64,000 bases of DNA from Ascidiella aspersa (lineage: Eukaryota), in assembly GCA_963924565.1 (NCBI GenBank), contig OZ004607.1, positions 14,384,001 to 14,448,000 on the forward strand. The letters run 5' to 3'. The position numbers were made by a program, and so were the translations under genes. This document shows positions 37,801 through 49,800 of the stretch, in pieces. Every line of letters begins with the position of its first letter. The stretch's first letter is position 1. The notes below the pieces were generated by a model. The model worked only from the letters and a program-made list of their open reading frames with translations. It had not been told where the DNA came from and ran no database searches.

Positions 37801-40800
37801 GCTTGCTTCTTGAGAGAAGCCGCGGCATCGCGCGCAGCTTCCAACTTGGCTCGCAGTTCCTATGCGGCAATTGTTTTAAGTATTGGGCGGACAGGTATAA
37901 ACACTGTACTAATTTCCATGTATTTATTGTTTGTATTACACTTGCTGCTGTGAAACATCTTAGCAAATTTCAAATGTGAAGCCTGACTTGTTAAACAAGT
38001 TTAAAAAACTTGTTTGTTATACCAACCTGGACTTGCAATTGCCTCTTCTGCAGAGCGGCCTGTACTGCGTTGAATGTTGAGTCGGCAAACGACGGAGACA
38101 CCCCTCGGATGCCGGGAGACCGTCCACGACGTGGAGATCGCCTTCCAGGAGACGGTGAACGCAATGGGGAGTAGCTTCTCCTGAAATATGAGAACGCCGC
38201 TTGAATATTGTTGCTGTACGGCGTACGGATTTGTATGAAACATTAATAAACACAATGCGTAATCTGGGATCAAGCCTGTCTGGAGTCGCATTGACAGCGA
38301 TATTGGCACAAGTAATACAGTACACATTATGCTTACGGAAAGGCTTACTGAGATCAGTCGACCTAATGAGGATTTTCGTGCATACAAGTCAAGCCATAAA
38401 ACAACTATAGCCTGTGGCGACTTAATGGAGCGAAAGTCCCGGTTTGACCGTAGGTCGTGGGTTCGAGTCTCACCGCAGGCTAGTTGTTTCTCTAGTCTGA
38501 ACTTGCTTGCACGATAATCCTGGATAGGCCGACTGATTTTGGTTAGCACCATGTGTATTTGTATGAAAATATTGCTAAATTCTTTAAACCTGCTTTTACG
38601 TGGCCAAACACGAACGAACGTAGTCTGGTATGTAGCTGGAAGCAGGCAGCAAGAACAACTACTTCCATCGTGTTTTGTCCCGAACTTCTGCCCATTGCTT
38701 TGACAATGCTCACATGGCAATTTCTTTCCAACGCTGATTTTATACTTTACGCTCGTGTTTTTTTCGCACTGTTGCCTATCGCGAATGTTAGGCGAAGATC
38801 TGCCAAACAGTCGCAGGGGCGAAAGGCGATCCAACTGTTCACTCTCATGGCCGTCGCGCTCATAGCCTTGACTAAGCACGTCATCTTCAAAAGAAGAATA
38901 TAATCCTGACGATAAAAAACCGCTGTCGTCTGAGGTAACAGTCGATAAATTCGGACTACCACCAGGGACCAGAGAAATTTTCTTTCCAACTCTCTGAGAG
39001 GACGCTTCCCGTTTATATTTTCTGATTATCCTTCTTATTTTTGCTGAACTCATGTTTTCGCAATTGCTAATGTGTGATGGCAGATATTTAAACAAAACAC
39101 GTTGCTTACTGCGTCTTGCTCCACTATGCGACTATTTTACCTACACTGTACGTTGCACACAGCAGAACATAGACATAGTCCTTGGCGCCGCTTAGAATAG
39201 CGCGTAATGGGTACAATTGACTTTTGTGGAATTTCGACGGGCTTGTTGGCGAGAGCAAGCCCCTCCAGTGACCAAACAATAAAACGACATGATGAAGAGG
39301 CTTAAGTGGCTTCCAAGCGCAGCACTCGGCCGGCATTTTAAGTTAGTTCAAAGTTGAGACACTTATCCAGAGGGTTATTGTACGGTATGTGATACAGTAA
39401 ACGGCCCAACCCCTCGAAAATATAAATTAGCGATACAAAGACAAATTTGGAGATAAGCTTTAAATTATAATTTTACACAATGTCGTTTTGCAGCACAGTT
39501 GAAGCAACCTGTAAAGGTTTTCTAAAGGCGCAACAAAAATCCTTACCGGTATTGCACGGCTTACAAATTTTATGTGACCATAACTGCTGTCTCGTAACTG
39601 AAAGCACGCGCCGGCATCCAAAGCATGGGACAAAGGGAACGTTCATATCGGATTTGACGCGTTTTCAGCCAATAGGTCGAACCCACGCGCCGGCCTTTAG
39701 TTGGATCAGGGCACCAGGCCAAGCGTGACGATCTTTCCTGGCTAGTTATGCCACAGGTGCGTGATGTGTTGGCGTTTCAATCTTACCGCAAAACGATTGA
39801 AATCACATTGTGTCGTCTATTTTTGCCAACATATTATAAGCATGTTGAGATTTATAAGGAATGGGCTGTCAACTATTATCTGAGCTTCTATTATGTAATT
39901 TGCAACAAAACTGGTTTCCGTATTTCAAACCGAATGGATATTCTCACTGGAAAATTCACATGAGAAATTCGCGGTATTTCGCCAATGTGGTCGCCCATAG
40001 GCGTCGGGGATTTTCACGGGAGAATAGATAAAATGTTCCCGAATTGCAGATTGCTGCCTGTTTGTTTTCGCATCAAGCGGCGCGAGATTAAGTCTTAGGC
40101 GGAAGGCGATGTCCCGCTGCGATTGTTGTTTGGGTTCCTGGGCAGCGCGCGGCCTTCACCCATCGCAAGTCGCAACATCATTCACAAAAACACAATAACA
40201 AGCGACAATGTTATCTACCTGGGCGATGCACCGATGCCGAGATCCGCCATCGACTCGGTGAGGTCTTGAACGGCCGAGGCTCGAGGACTGTCCGACAATG
40301 CCATGGCCAGATCAGCATCGGCGATAACAGATTGAGCGATATCGCGCAGCGCCTGCTCCAGCGCTCGTTTCTCCTCCGCTGCTGTCGCAGCCGACTCCTC
40401 ATCCTCTTCTCCTCCATCCACGCGCGTGCTCTCCTGTGTTGCGTAACACTGAATTTTACTCGGCCAAAAGCAGCGGCAGCGGGCCGCCGAACAGTATCAT
40501 TCGCCTACTTATCGTTTTTATCTCGTGTATCTTTACAAGTTGGATAAGCGCGCGTTTGGGGCAGGAATTTTGTTGTGTTTGGCGCGCGGCGCTGTCCGGA
40601 TGCATAATTGCACCTAATGGGCCTCCATGAGGATGTGAGAGATGGCTAAGTAAAAAAAAAATAAGCAAGGTATTCTTTAACTGCGACCCACGGCGCGTTT
40701 AAATCCTTATTACCATTTAGGCTGTAGCAAATTGTTTTACCTTTGTGCCCCCTAAAGTAAGTTCAGGTTGAGCAACATTTTTAGTAGTTGGTCGTTTCTT

Positions 40801-43800
40801 ACCAGTGGTCTTGCTGGAGTTCGAAGCTCGCTAATTGTCATATCTTTGTCCTTGAGGTGGGCCTTTGCCCGATCCAGTCCAACTGTCAATTCGTTGATTC
40901 GGGCGTTCAACCTTGCCTTTTCAGCGTCAAAGTCGGACTGCATTTGCAGCATTTCCTTGACCTGTGAAACAAAATTAAAAAAAACTATCACATTTCTATC
41001 ATCATCTCTCTTGTTCTAATGCTAAAAAATTAAAGCCTTCTTGTTTTTTTGTTTGTTTAAGGTTTACTGAAAAATATCCTAACAGCATTGTATTGTTGTC
41101 AATTAAGTGTTTTAAATCCCACTTTATTAAATACTTTGTTGTGAATATCGAATCGCAACACAAATTCACACGATTTCCGTCGAATGTTTCCGGTGTTTAG
41201 CAAAGCTTAAAGGCGAACTGCTACAAACACATCGCCACCGTGGTGTCAGGATTGCAGCAGGCCGTACCTTGTTGCGAAGTTGACCTTCGATGTCGCCGCG
41301 TTCGACCTTCTCGCGCTCTAGCGACACCTTGGCGGAGGTGTCCTGAACGCTTTGGTTCGAGTTCAGGTTGAGACACGCCGCGTGGAGTTCCCGAGCGCCG
41401 CGCTGCAAGCCAAATAGAGTTCATTATTACTACAAATAGCGTTTTACTGGCACAATAGACCGATAGTACCGGTTTGCCACGTTGCCGGTTTTAACATGTA
41501 CAGTTTGTACACACACTACACAATGCGCAAATACAAAATAAAGAAAGGCTAATATTTTTTGCTTAATTTAATATTGCTAAAAAAGAAATAGAATTACCGT
41601 GAAACGTGTAGAAAACAGTTGTTACTAACGCCTAGGAACATATACATCGATCTTAAAACAAAAGCGACTTTTTTTTTTCTTTTTTTTTTTACCTAATTGC
41701 AAATTAAATACTCGAAGAGCAAACTATGTTGTGATTTTATTTACCTGCACATTGTTAACGGCGGTGTCCAGGTCACGCTGAGTGTTCGACTTGAGGTCGT
41801 TGAAACCGCGACGAATCTGGACGACCGCTCGCCACAAGGCCAGCAGACGACTGTGCTCGTCGCCGAAGTACGAACTGAAGTTCTGGTTGGAAAACGCTAA
41901 CGTTATATCACCGTAACACCAGGCCATGTGGGTTAGGAAAAACACAGCCAGGCGTTTCCAAACTGGAGTCGTGCAATACGTTTTGAAAGATACAGTAGAG
42001 ATAAATCGATGTTGTAGTTGTATTTACTGAATTTTAATAAACAAATGTCGCGAATAATGTAAAGCCCAATTCACGGAAGAGGTGTACAATACGAATGCCC
42101 AAGTTTTTTAAGGACAGTAAGACTGATTACGCCCTTCTACACCGTACAAAAATTTAGTCGTTCTCCATCGTACTGTTCGAATATAATGGCACATACTTTA
42201 CTGACTACAAAAATGCTTACTTAAGTCTTATTAAGGAAACAAGTCAAGGACGCAAAAAAACATATAAAGTACCTCCTGTTCTTCCTTCCAATCTGCCTCC
42301 TTCCTGCGAAGGTCCTCCTTGAGATTGTTCCAGTCCTCGGTGACGGTACGAAGATCGTCGGTGAGTGCTCCGTTCGACTCGTTTGCTTGGGCGAGTTGCT
42401 CACGAAGCATCGAGTTGATGTCAGTCAAACTTTCGCATCTAGAATGTAGCTTACTTAAGTTGTAATTTGCAGAAACGAAAATGGTTTTAATACCGTATTT
42501 AACGTGCCAGGATATTTCGTTTTTAATTTTGGTTCAGCGAAGTAACTGAGTAAGGTGTAACTGCATAGTTTTAAATAACAACGGTCAGACCAATTACTGC
42601 ACAAGGCGTCCCAGGAATAAATAATCGGGTCGCTAGTTGGAACGGGCCGATCGCGGTCGAGCAAAACCTCGTAATGTTTGACCTCGTTATTTGCCCACGC
42701 GCGCCGTTGAAATACAAATAGCGACAGCGCATTTTCAAAAGTAGCGATTCCATTGATGCCGGTCAATGGCGACGGCGCCCGACGAGGGTCAGCCGGGGCG
42801 TTAAAAGCCCGCACGACTAAAACAGAAATAGCGGTTGAGCGCAAATATTGACGCCACACAATGTTTTCAACCACGGAGCAATTCCACGAGCCGATTTTTG
42901 TTATCCTTTTGAAAGCGACTCTCTGGCGGAACCCATTCATGCCGCCGGGCGGAGTTATGTTATTTAAAGGCACGATCTTGGGAGGACCGCAGAACGACGC
43001 GCTACGGCCGGCTGCCATTGGTCGATCTGGCTTTCGTTTCAACTACTAAGAAAACACAAAACGGCGTTTTCGCAACAACGACCTAAAGTAGAGAAAAGCC
43101 GTAAAATTCCATTGTGTCTATTATGTGCAACACGTAAAAAATGTGGCCGCCAGCAGCTAATTAAAAACAGTTTAAATGACAGAAGTTAATTTGTGGTTTT
43201 TAACTGTTGTCTGTTTTAGATAATTCGTGAGACATGACAAGCAAGCAACAAAGATTGTTAAAACTGCGTCTTTACATATTAGGCGTGGTAAATTAAAATT
43301 TTTATAAATCTATATATCAATAAATAATCCGTTCAGAACTGGTAAGAATCTGACTACTACACAATATAGGGAAAGCTGGACCACACACAAATTAAGTAAT
43401 TTTACCGACCAAACCTGTATATGGTTTCGTCATCAAGGGATATGCTAACATGCATTGTCAACTTTGCAATTCAGTTCAATAAATAAACATTTTATTATAT
43501 AATTTTGAACATTGTACTAACTTCTGCTTCTCTTCCTCGAGTTTAATAAGAGCGTCCTCCAGATCGGTGGTGTGCGACTCCTCAGTTCGTCGCAAACGAG
43601 CTTCCGTGTTGTCAAGACGATTCTTCAGACTGTCAGTTGTCTCCGAAAGCTAAAAACACACAAGGATGTTTTGCAATTTCTTATGGTGCACAAAAAGTAA
43701 ACAACTGAACTTTAACTTAAAACTTAACATAACATAACGACAAAATTTAATGCAATGGGAAATGGCCTTGCACAGTCTTTTAAATACAACTGCTAATTTC

Positions 43801-46800
43801 TGCAGCCAGAATTAAGATAACTATGTACTTTGGTGCTAAATGCACCAATCTCTCAAAATATTGGTAACAGCAAGTTAGAATAGCAAAGTTGGCACTTACC
43901 TCCATTTTGGAGCGATCGGATTCCGCCCTCATCACAGCCAACTCATCTTCCAATTCACCGCACTTCTTCTTGTACTGCAGTACCTGCAAAATACAAATAT
44001 AAAAGGTTGGTTTCATCCTACGATTTCACGGCAAAATGCTTGGGTCTACAAAAGTAGTAATTTTTTAACCTATAGGTCCACTCACCTTTTACAACACTGG
44101 TCAAATTTTACAACACACCCACCTTCTTTTTAAGCTTTTCATTCTCCTCCTTAACGTTTGACATTTTAACAGCGTCTAATTTACGCAGTTGTCTTGCAGC
44201 TTATTATAATCGAACACGAGTACCTTATAATAACTTACACCTCAACCTAATCTCTCACTGTATGAGGTCAAAACAAAGCACACTATTTGCCCAACAATCC
44301 GAAATCGCGGTACTTTTGTTTCGCCGCTATACTTCAACATCAGCTGCCCAGGGTTTAGGGCAAATATTAAACTCTGCCCTACAGCCGCGCAACTATATTC
44401 TCAGTTTCGTGTCGACGGCGTACTCAACAATCAATACGCTGTTATGAATCGCGCGCAAAAAATAACAAAGAACGTAGGCGGCGTTCGGCGTTCCTTGTGT
44501 CACGAAAGGTGAGCATTGTAGGGTTTTGTTGGACGGTGTTTGATTTAGATCGGATGAGGATACATTCAAGGTCGGCGGGTCGATGATGATCATAGGTTTA
44601 ACAGGATTAATAGCGTGGCCCATTGCGATATTGAAGTTCAGTTAAAAAACACCAGTCATTCGGCTACTTTGATTTACTCGGTAATTATTGAACCTTTGTT
44701 GTAGATTCGTGGAGATTTGTATCGTTTAAGTACTAAGACGGACTAAAACATGGATGGCGTACCACTATCATGCAGGTCACATAGGAACCCATTACATATT
44801 TTTTTAAACCAGGTGATAATACAATCCTTACAACGTAAAGCCTCCCTGTCAAATTCGTAACATGCTGTAACTTTGTTATATTTTGTACTTCATAAAACTT
44901 TCGCGCTAATCCTAATTTTCGTAAGTAAACTTTTGTCAATTATACGGAAAGTCTAAGAAGACCTATGCCTATGGATTACCAGCTAATGATAATTTTATTT
45001 ATGGAGAAGATGCAATGCAATCTTCGCACTATTATTAACAATCAACCAAAAGCATGTCGTGTCTTTCAAGGATTAAGTTCTCCTTTGTGACCCACGAATT
45101 AAGAAGGTACGGCTTCCAAGTGTTGAGAATTTGTGCGATCGACTTTCAAACAATTAAACAGTATCTTCCAACAAAAAATCTAGAAAAACAGTCAATAACC
45201 TACCAGAAGTACGCATATACTATTTGAGAGGCTCTACTAGTGTTACATGGGCTATGTGGCGGCAACAGAAGCGGGAGAGCGACTTCATTGAAGCGACGGA
45301 AGGCGCATCGGTCAGGGCGCGTTTAAATGGATCGAACAGAGGCGATAGTGACACACAACACTAACCAACAAATTATTGTTTCCCGCACGCCAAGCCGCGC
45401 GTTTAGAATTCGCGCGCGAACAAAAGCGTCCAACTCTTGGTTGGCTGTAGCAACCGAATTTTCAAGCCAACGCCGCACAAAAGACACGGCTAAACAACGC
45501 CGCAAAAACCCGGAGACCCATAACTCGCCGGCCCAAGTGGCAATTGCTCCTAACCAAACAGCACGCGCTATAGACGCGGCAAAGAGATTCCATCAAAATA
45601 ACGCGAAGTTTGTTTCGATTTCTGTCCGGTTCATTATTGACAAGTCAGTGTGGCTCAACGTACACTGTATATTCGGCATTACAGAGGTGTGCATTTTACC
45701 TTGCTTTGAAGCTTCTGCACCAACTGGGCCTGTCGCTGCTGTCCTTCCTGGTAGGCCTGTAGCTTTCTCTTGTAGGCGGCTTGCTCCTCCTCGAGCTTTT
45801 GACGTAGTCTTGCATTCTAGACCGCAAAAATCACATTTTTAACAATTTTCCGGCGTATGGCCTAGTCAAGCACGCATATAATTACCTCTTTCCAACTGCG
45901 CATTGATTCATCTGCCATTTTGACGGCCACAAAAAGGACCGCGCCGACGATTAGCTCGTCAATATTTAAATCACAAGTGTCCCAAAAAGTCTACTAAAGC
46001 TTTACACATTGACCAGGCGGCACAAAACTAGGTAAAGCCAACATTATCGAAACGAAAGGCAATAAAGCGTTAGTGGTCCTGGAAGGGTCGATCAAAATCG
46101 GTTGAATATACCGGAGAGCAAACACAGCATAATGGTAACGTACAAATATTTGCTCGCACCTTGTGCAGATGACGCATAACGTTTTAGTGGCATAGAATAT
46201 ATACCTCCATTTGCAGGGTTTTGTTCTCCACCACGCCTTTGTCGCGCTCGCCCTTTTCCAGCTTCAGTGCTTGCTCAAGCTAAAACGACAAAAGGTAAAT
46301 AGATGAAGGTGTCAGGGGCCATATGCCATTGGGATTGAGTAGACCGGATTGATATCTTATCGTACAATTTAACAACCCAAAATCATAACAGTACCAAACG
46401 CGACCGTAAATTCCACACAAAATGTCAAATAAAACTAATCCTATTAGGCGTACGCAATTCCAAAACAGAAGGTCATTTCGATCAATGAAAATAATGTTTC
46501 AGTTTTTTGCTCCAGGATAACTTTGAGCTTACTCTGTCGACTCTGGTTCGGACCGATTCAGGAGGAGAGTCATCCTCTTCGCTGCTGGTTGACGACATGT
46601 TGCTGTTTACTAACGTCCAGTACTACTCGTTCCACCGACCGACTAAGTCAATGTGAATTTGCAGGCAAGCATTACCATAACGTCATTTACAAATTTACGA
46701 AAAATAAAAAATAGTCACAACAAGGTTATTGAGACTGGGTAAAAATTGTCCTGATTTCTTTCTGATCTTCATGATACATTCTTCCCTCTTTTGTTATTAC

Positions 46801-49800
46801 CTTGTTTAATACCCATGTTGGAATGAGTATATCTGCATTGGTAAAAAACATGTTCTACACTCAAGCGACACTGAATTTCCAAGGTTTATATCGAACAGTT
46901 GTTGGAATTTCAACATACCGATAGAAATCTACGATCCTCTTTCTATCTGTTTCTTGTAATTTTTTATAAAAATGTCGTTTTCGTTTTATTCTTATATGAT
47001 TCTGCAATAAACCTTGTTTTACAGACACTGCAAAAAGTTCCGTCGGAAAAAATAGTTTCATTAACTCTCACAAACGAATGTCAGTTGATATTCCAGACAG
47101 ACAACTACAAAAAATTTTTTTTATACTTGTCAATAAATCAATTAGCAAATCTTCACCCGAATAAGAATTGCTTCTCGACAATGATTTCACTGCAATTTGC
47201 GCATATAAAAGTAAGGCGGCCTACTTTCACTAAAACTTCTCTAAGCCAGGAGTTCCTTCACAACTGAAGCGAAACAACTCCCGAACGCGTTATCCAATAT
47301 GCCAAGTATTTCAATTGACGCGTGTTCAGTTCTACCAATAGCTCGTAATCCAATCAACCAGATAAGACACACGCGTGCTTCCGGACAAAAAGAAATACCG
47401 GCAGCGGTACCAGGTTCGAAAGCCGAACGACCAATTGCCGTAAATCCTTATCCTTTTGTGACGTCACCTAAATGTACGCTTTCAAAATGGAGGGATTTTT
47501 CAGCGTCCCGGGCACCGCTCATTATATTTTTTCGGCCTCTCACTAAGCGATGTGTAATTTCTTAGCGTCACCAATATTCAATAACTAAAGAACTTCTCCC
47601 GAAGCAAACACAAGTGACGCTTTTGTGGTTACTTATTGCCACACAATGTCTACGGCGATATTCACCCCATACAAAGTCTGTCCATTGGTACAATGTCGAC
47701 AACGAATGTGTGCATGTTTTGGGAATAAAAAAACAGGTGTATTGTGCCGTATAGGACAGCAGAAGAAACACAGCGAAACAAACAAAAGGCTGCGTATTGA
47801 GGAAACATTTCGCAAGTGCAGCGAGCGGCCCCTCGGCTGAATGTGTAAATGGACACCGCAAGGGACGCTATCACGTAAGGCCGCAGCGCAATCTGATTGG
47901 ATAACATCCCTATGCTCGTCTGAAGACCACTTGACGGTAGAGGACGCTGCTAGTGGCCTAACAAGGACATCTGAAGAGCAAAGCCTGCGGGATCTTTCGG
48001 GACCAAAGCGTGGCGGTGCGATATAGATGGAACACACGGCTCTGCCCTGACGTCAAAATTTTTAGTTTTTGTTTGCTCACAAAGTACTTGGTGGTTTTGT
48101 GGCGGCACCGCAGTACAGTCAGGACACCCGACATGGTCATTTTACTTCAGTCTTGCATAGCGCTTACGTTTGTAGATGTAAATTTGGTTCAAGGCACTGG
48201 GCGGTTCATTTTCGTGATCTTAGCCACACCCTTTAGGTTTACCGCATGTAACTAGCGGGAAAGCAGTCGTATTGTACGTTAATGAATATAATCCACGGTA
48301 AAAACAACATACTTTGCATACAATGAATATGTTACCTTACGTACCGTACTGCATGGCGTGTTAATCTGTCAAAACATGCTTACGCGTAGCTACAAGATTA
48401 TAGTTCCTACTTTTTACATCGACATTACGTAGGACTCAAATAGTGACAAAACTTACATAAGGCCATTTTGTAATGATTTATTTAATCGTTGGATGAAATC
48501 ATGTAAAACTACTTCTGACTATGTTTTTTGGTCACCATCCAAATTGTAAACATTTGTCAAGAAAGTCATGTCATTGCATATAAAGTGTTCCACTAGTAAA
48601 AGTAACCACTTCTATCCTAATAACTTAAACCCTACTCAAATCCTAATATATTATCGACATTTTCTTTTATTTGAATCAGTAGAAAGCATCCTATAAATGT
48701 TTGCATCTAAGTTTGTGTAGGTATAATTTGAGAGTATTTTTGCAAAAGTTCGTGGGTTTGTTGTGTCACTTACTTCTTTAACACATTGTGATGGACATTT
48801 TTCGGTTACACGTTCCCAAACAAAAGCTTACTAGCCCTCTACCGACAAATCGTTCAATATATTCTGACCACTGTGAGGCTTGTTGTGAACTGACTCTAAT
48901 ATAAGGCTCAGTAGAGACACCTGGCGGTGACTGAAATACGTAAACATCGGCTTAAAATCAAGCTACAACATTAGATACATATATTTCACAGTTTATGATT
49001 TGAGAAAAAACTGAATACCACTTTAAACACCTAAATTTAATTTTATCCTAAATTAATCATGAAACATTTATAATAGAGATTTATTATTAAAAACAATGTT
49101 TCCAAAGATTAGTAAGCACTATTTGTAACAACCGGTTAAAACTTCGTCATGTTTTATATGGACGCGACCTATATTTTCTTTATTTCGGGTTTGTCTATCT
49201 CCTGCGGTTTTATCGCTGATTAGTCACATAGTTTTTAACTCACCCGTTCGCTGACCGCATTGTACTTGATTGCGATCTCGTCTCTATCGGCGCGTGATTG
49301 TGACAGCAAATCCTCCACCCGGTTTAACTCCGCTTGAAGCATGCGATTCTCCTCCTGGAAAAAATCAACGGTGTTACAAAAGCATCTAATTTTTTTAGGC
49401 TTTGCTTTAAAATCTAAAAAGTTTGACATTCCACACCCAACGTTAAAAGTTAATAAGAGGATTTATAATAAATGTTTCCGGTTAATATATTTTATTCGTT
49501 ACCAATTACACACTAAAATCCGTTAAAATACAGTTTTAAATTCAGCCCATTGGAAACATTGTGTTATGTACTTTTAACGACGTAACTGGTATGCTACCTC
49601 TTTATTTTGAAAGGTCCGAACGAAATATTTATAAATTCTTTAAATGTTTTCATAAGATCAATTTTGTAGCAATTACCAAAAAACGATTTTTGAGCACCAG
49701 AAAAACCAAACTATTTTATATCCATACTATTTTATGAGTATATGTGCATTATAGTTTATTGGTGGTGGACGTTTGGTTTGTGTTTAACACAAAAGTTAAC

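Noticed and set aside
29563-37953. Numerous plus-strand ORFs
   Set aside because: Antisense shadows of coiled-coil rootletin exons.
38410-38481. Functional tRNA-Gln(TTG) or tRNA-Sec
   Set aside because: The anticodon arm is too short for a 5-bp stem with a 7-nt loop. There is no long variable arm or TCA anticodon.
38001-39095. 364-aa ORF as a stand-alone intronic gene
   Set aside because: The N-terminal part is explained as an alternative rootletin exon. The rest runs through intron, the antisense tRNA-like element and an off-frame rootletin exon.
42455-43042. 195-aa intronic ORF, and similar ORFs at 45327, 47633, 52010 and 56967
   Set aside because: No recognisable domains or phase-compatible splice sites. 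Better explained as chance ORFs in GC/CpG-rich regulatory blocks.
43414-43454. MHVSISLDDETIYR phase-2 alternative first exon
   Set aside because: In frame with the next exon, but the donor is weak and it starts ~70 nt after the previous donor, so it could be chance.
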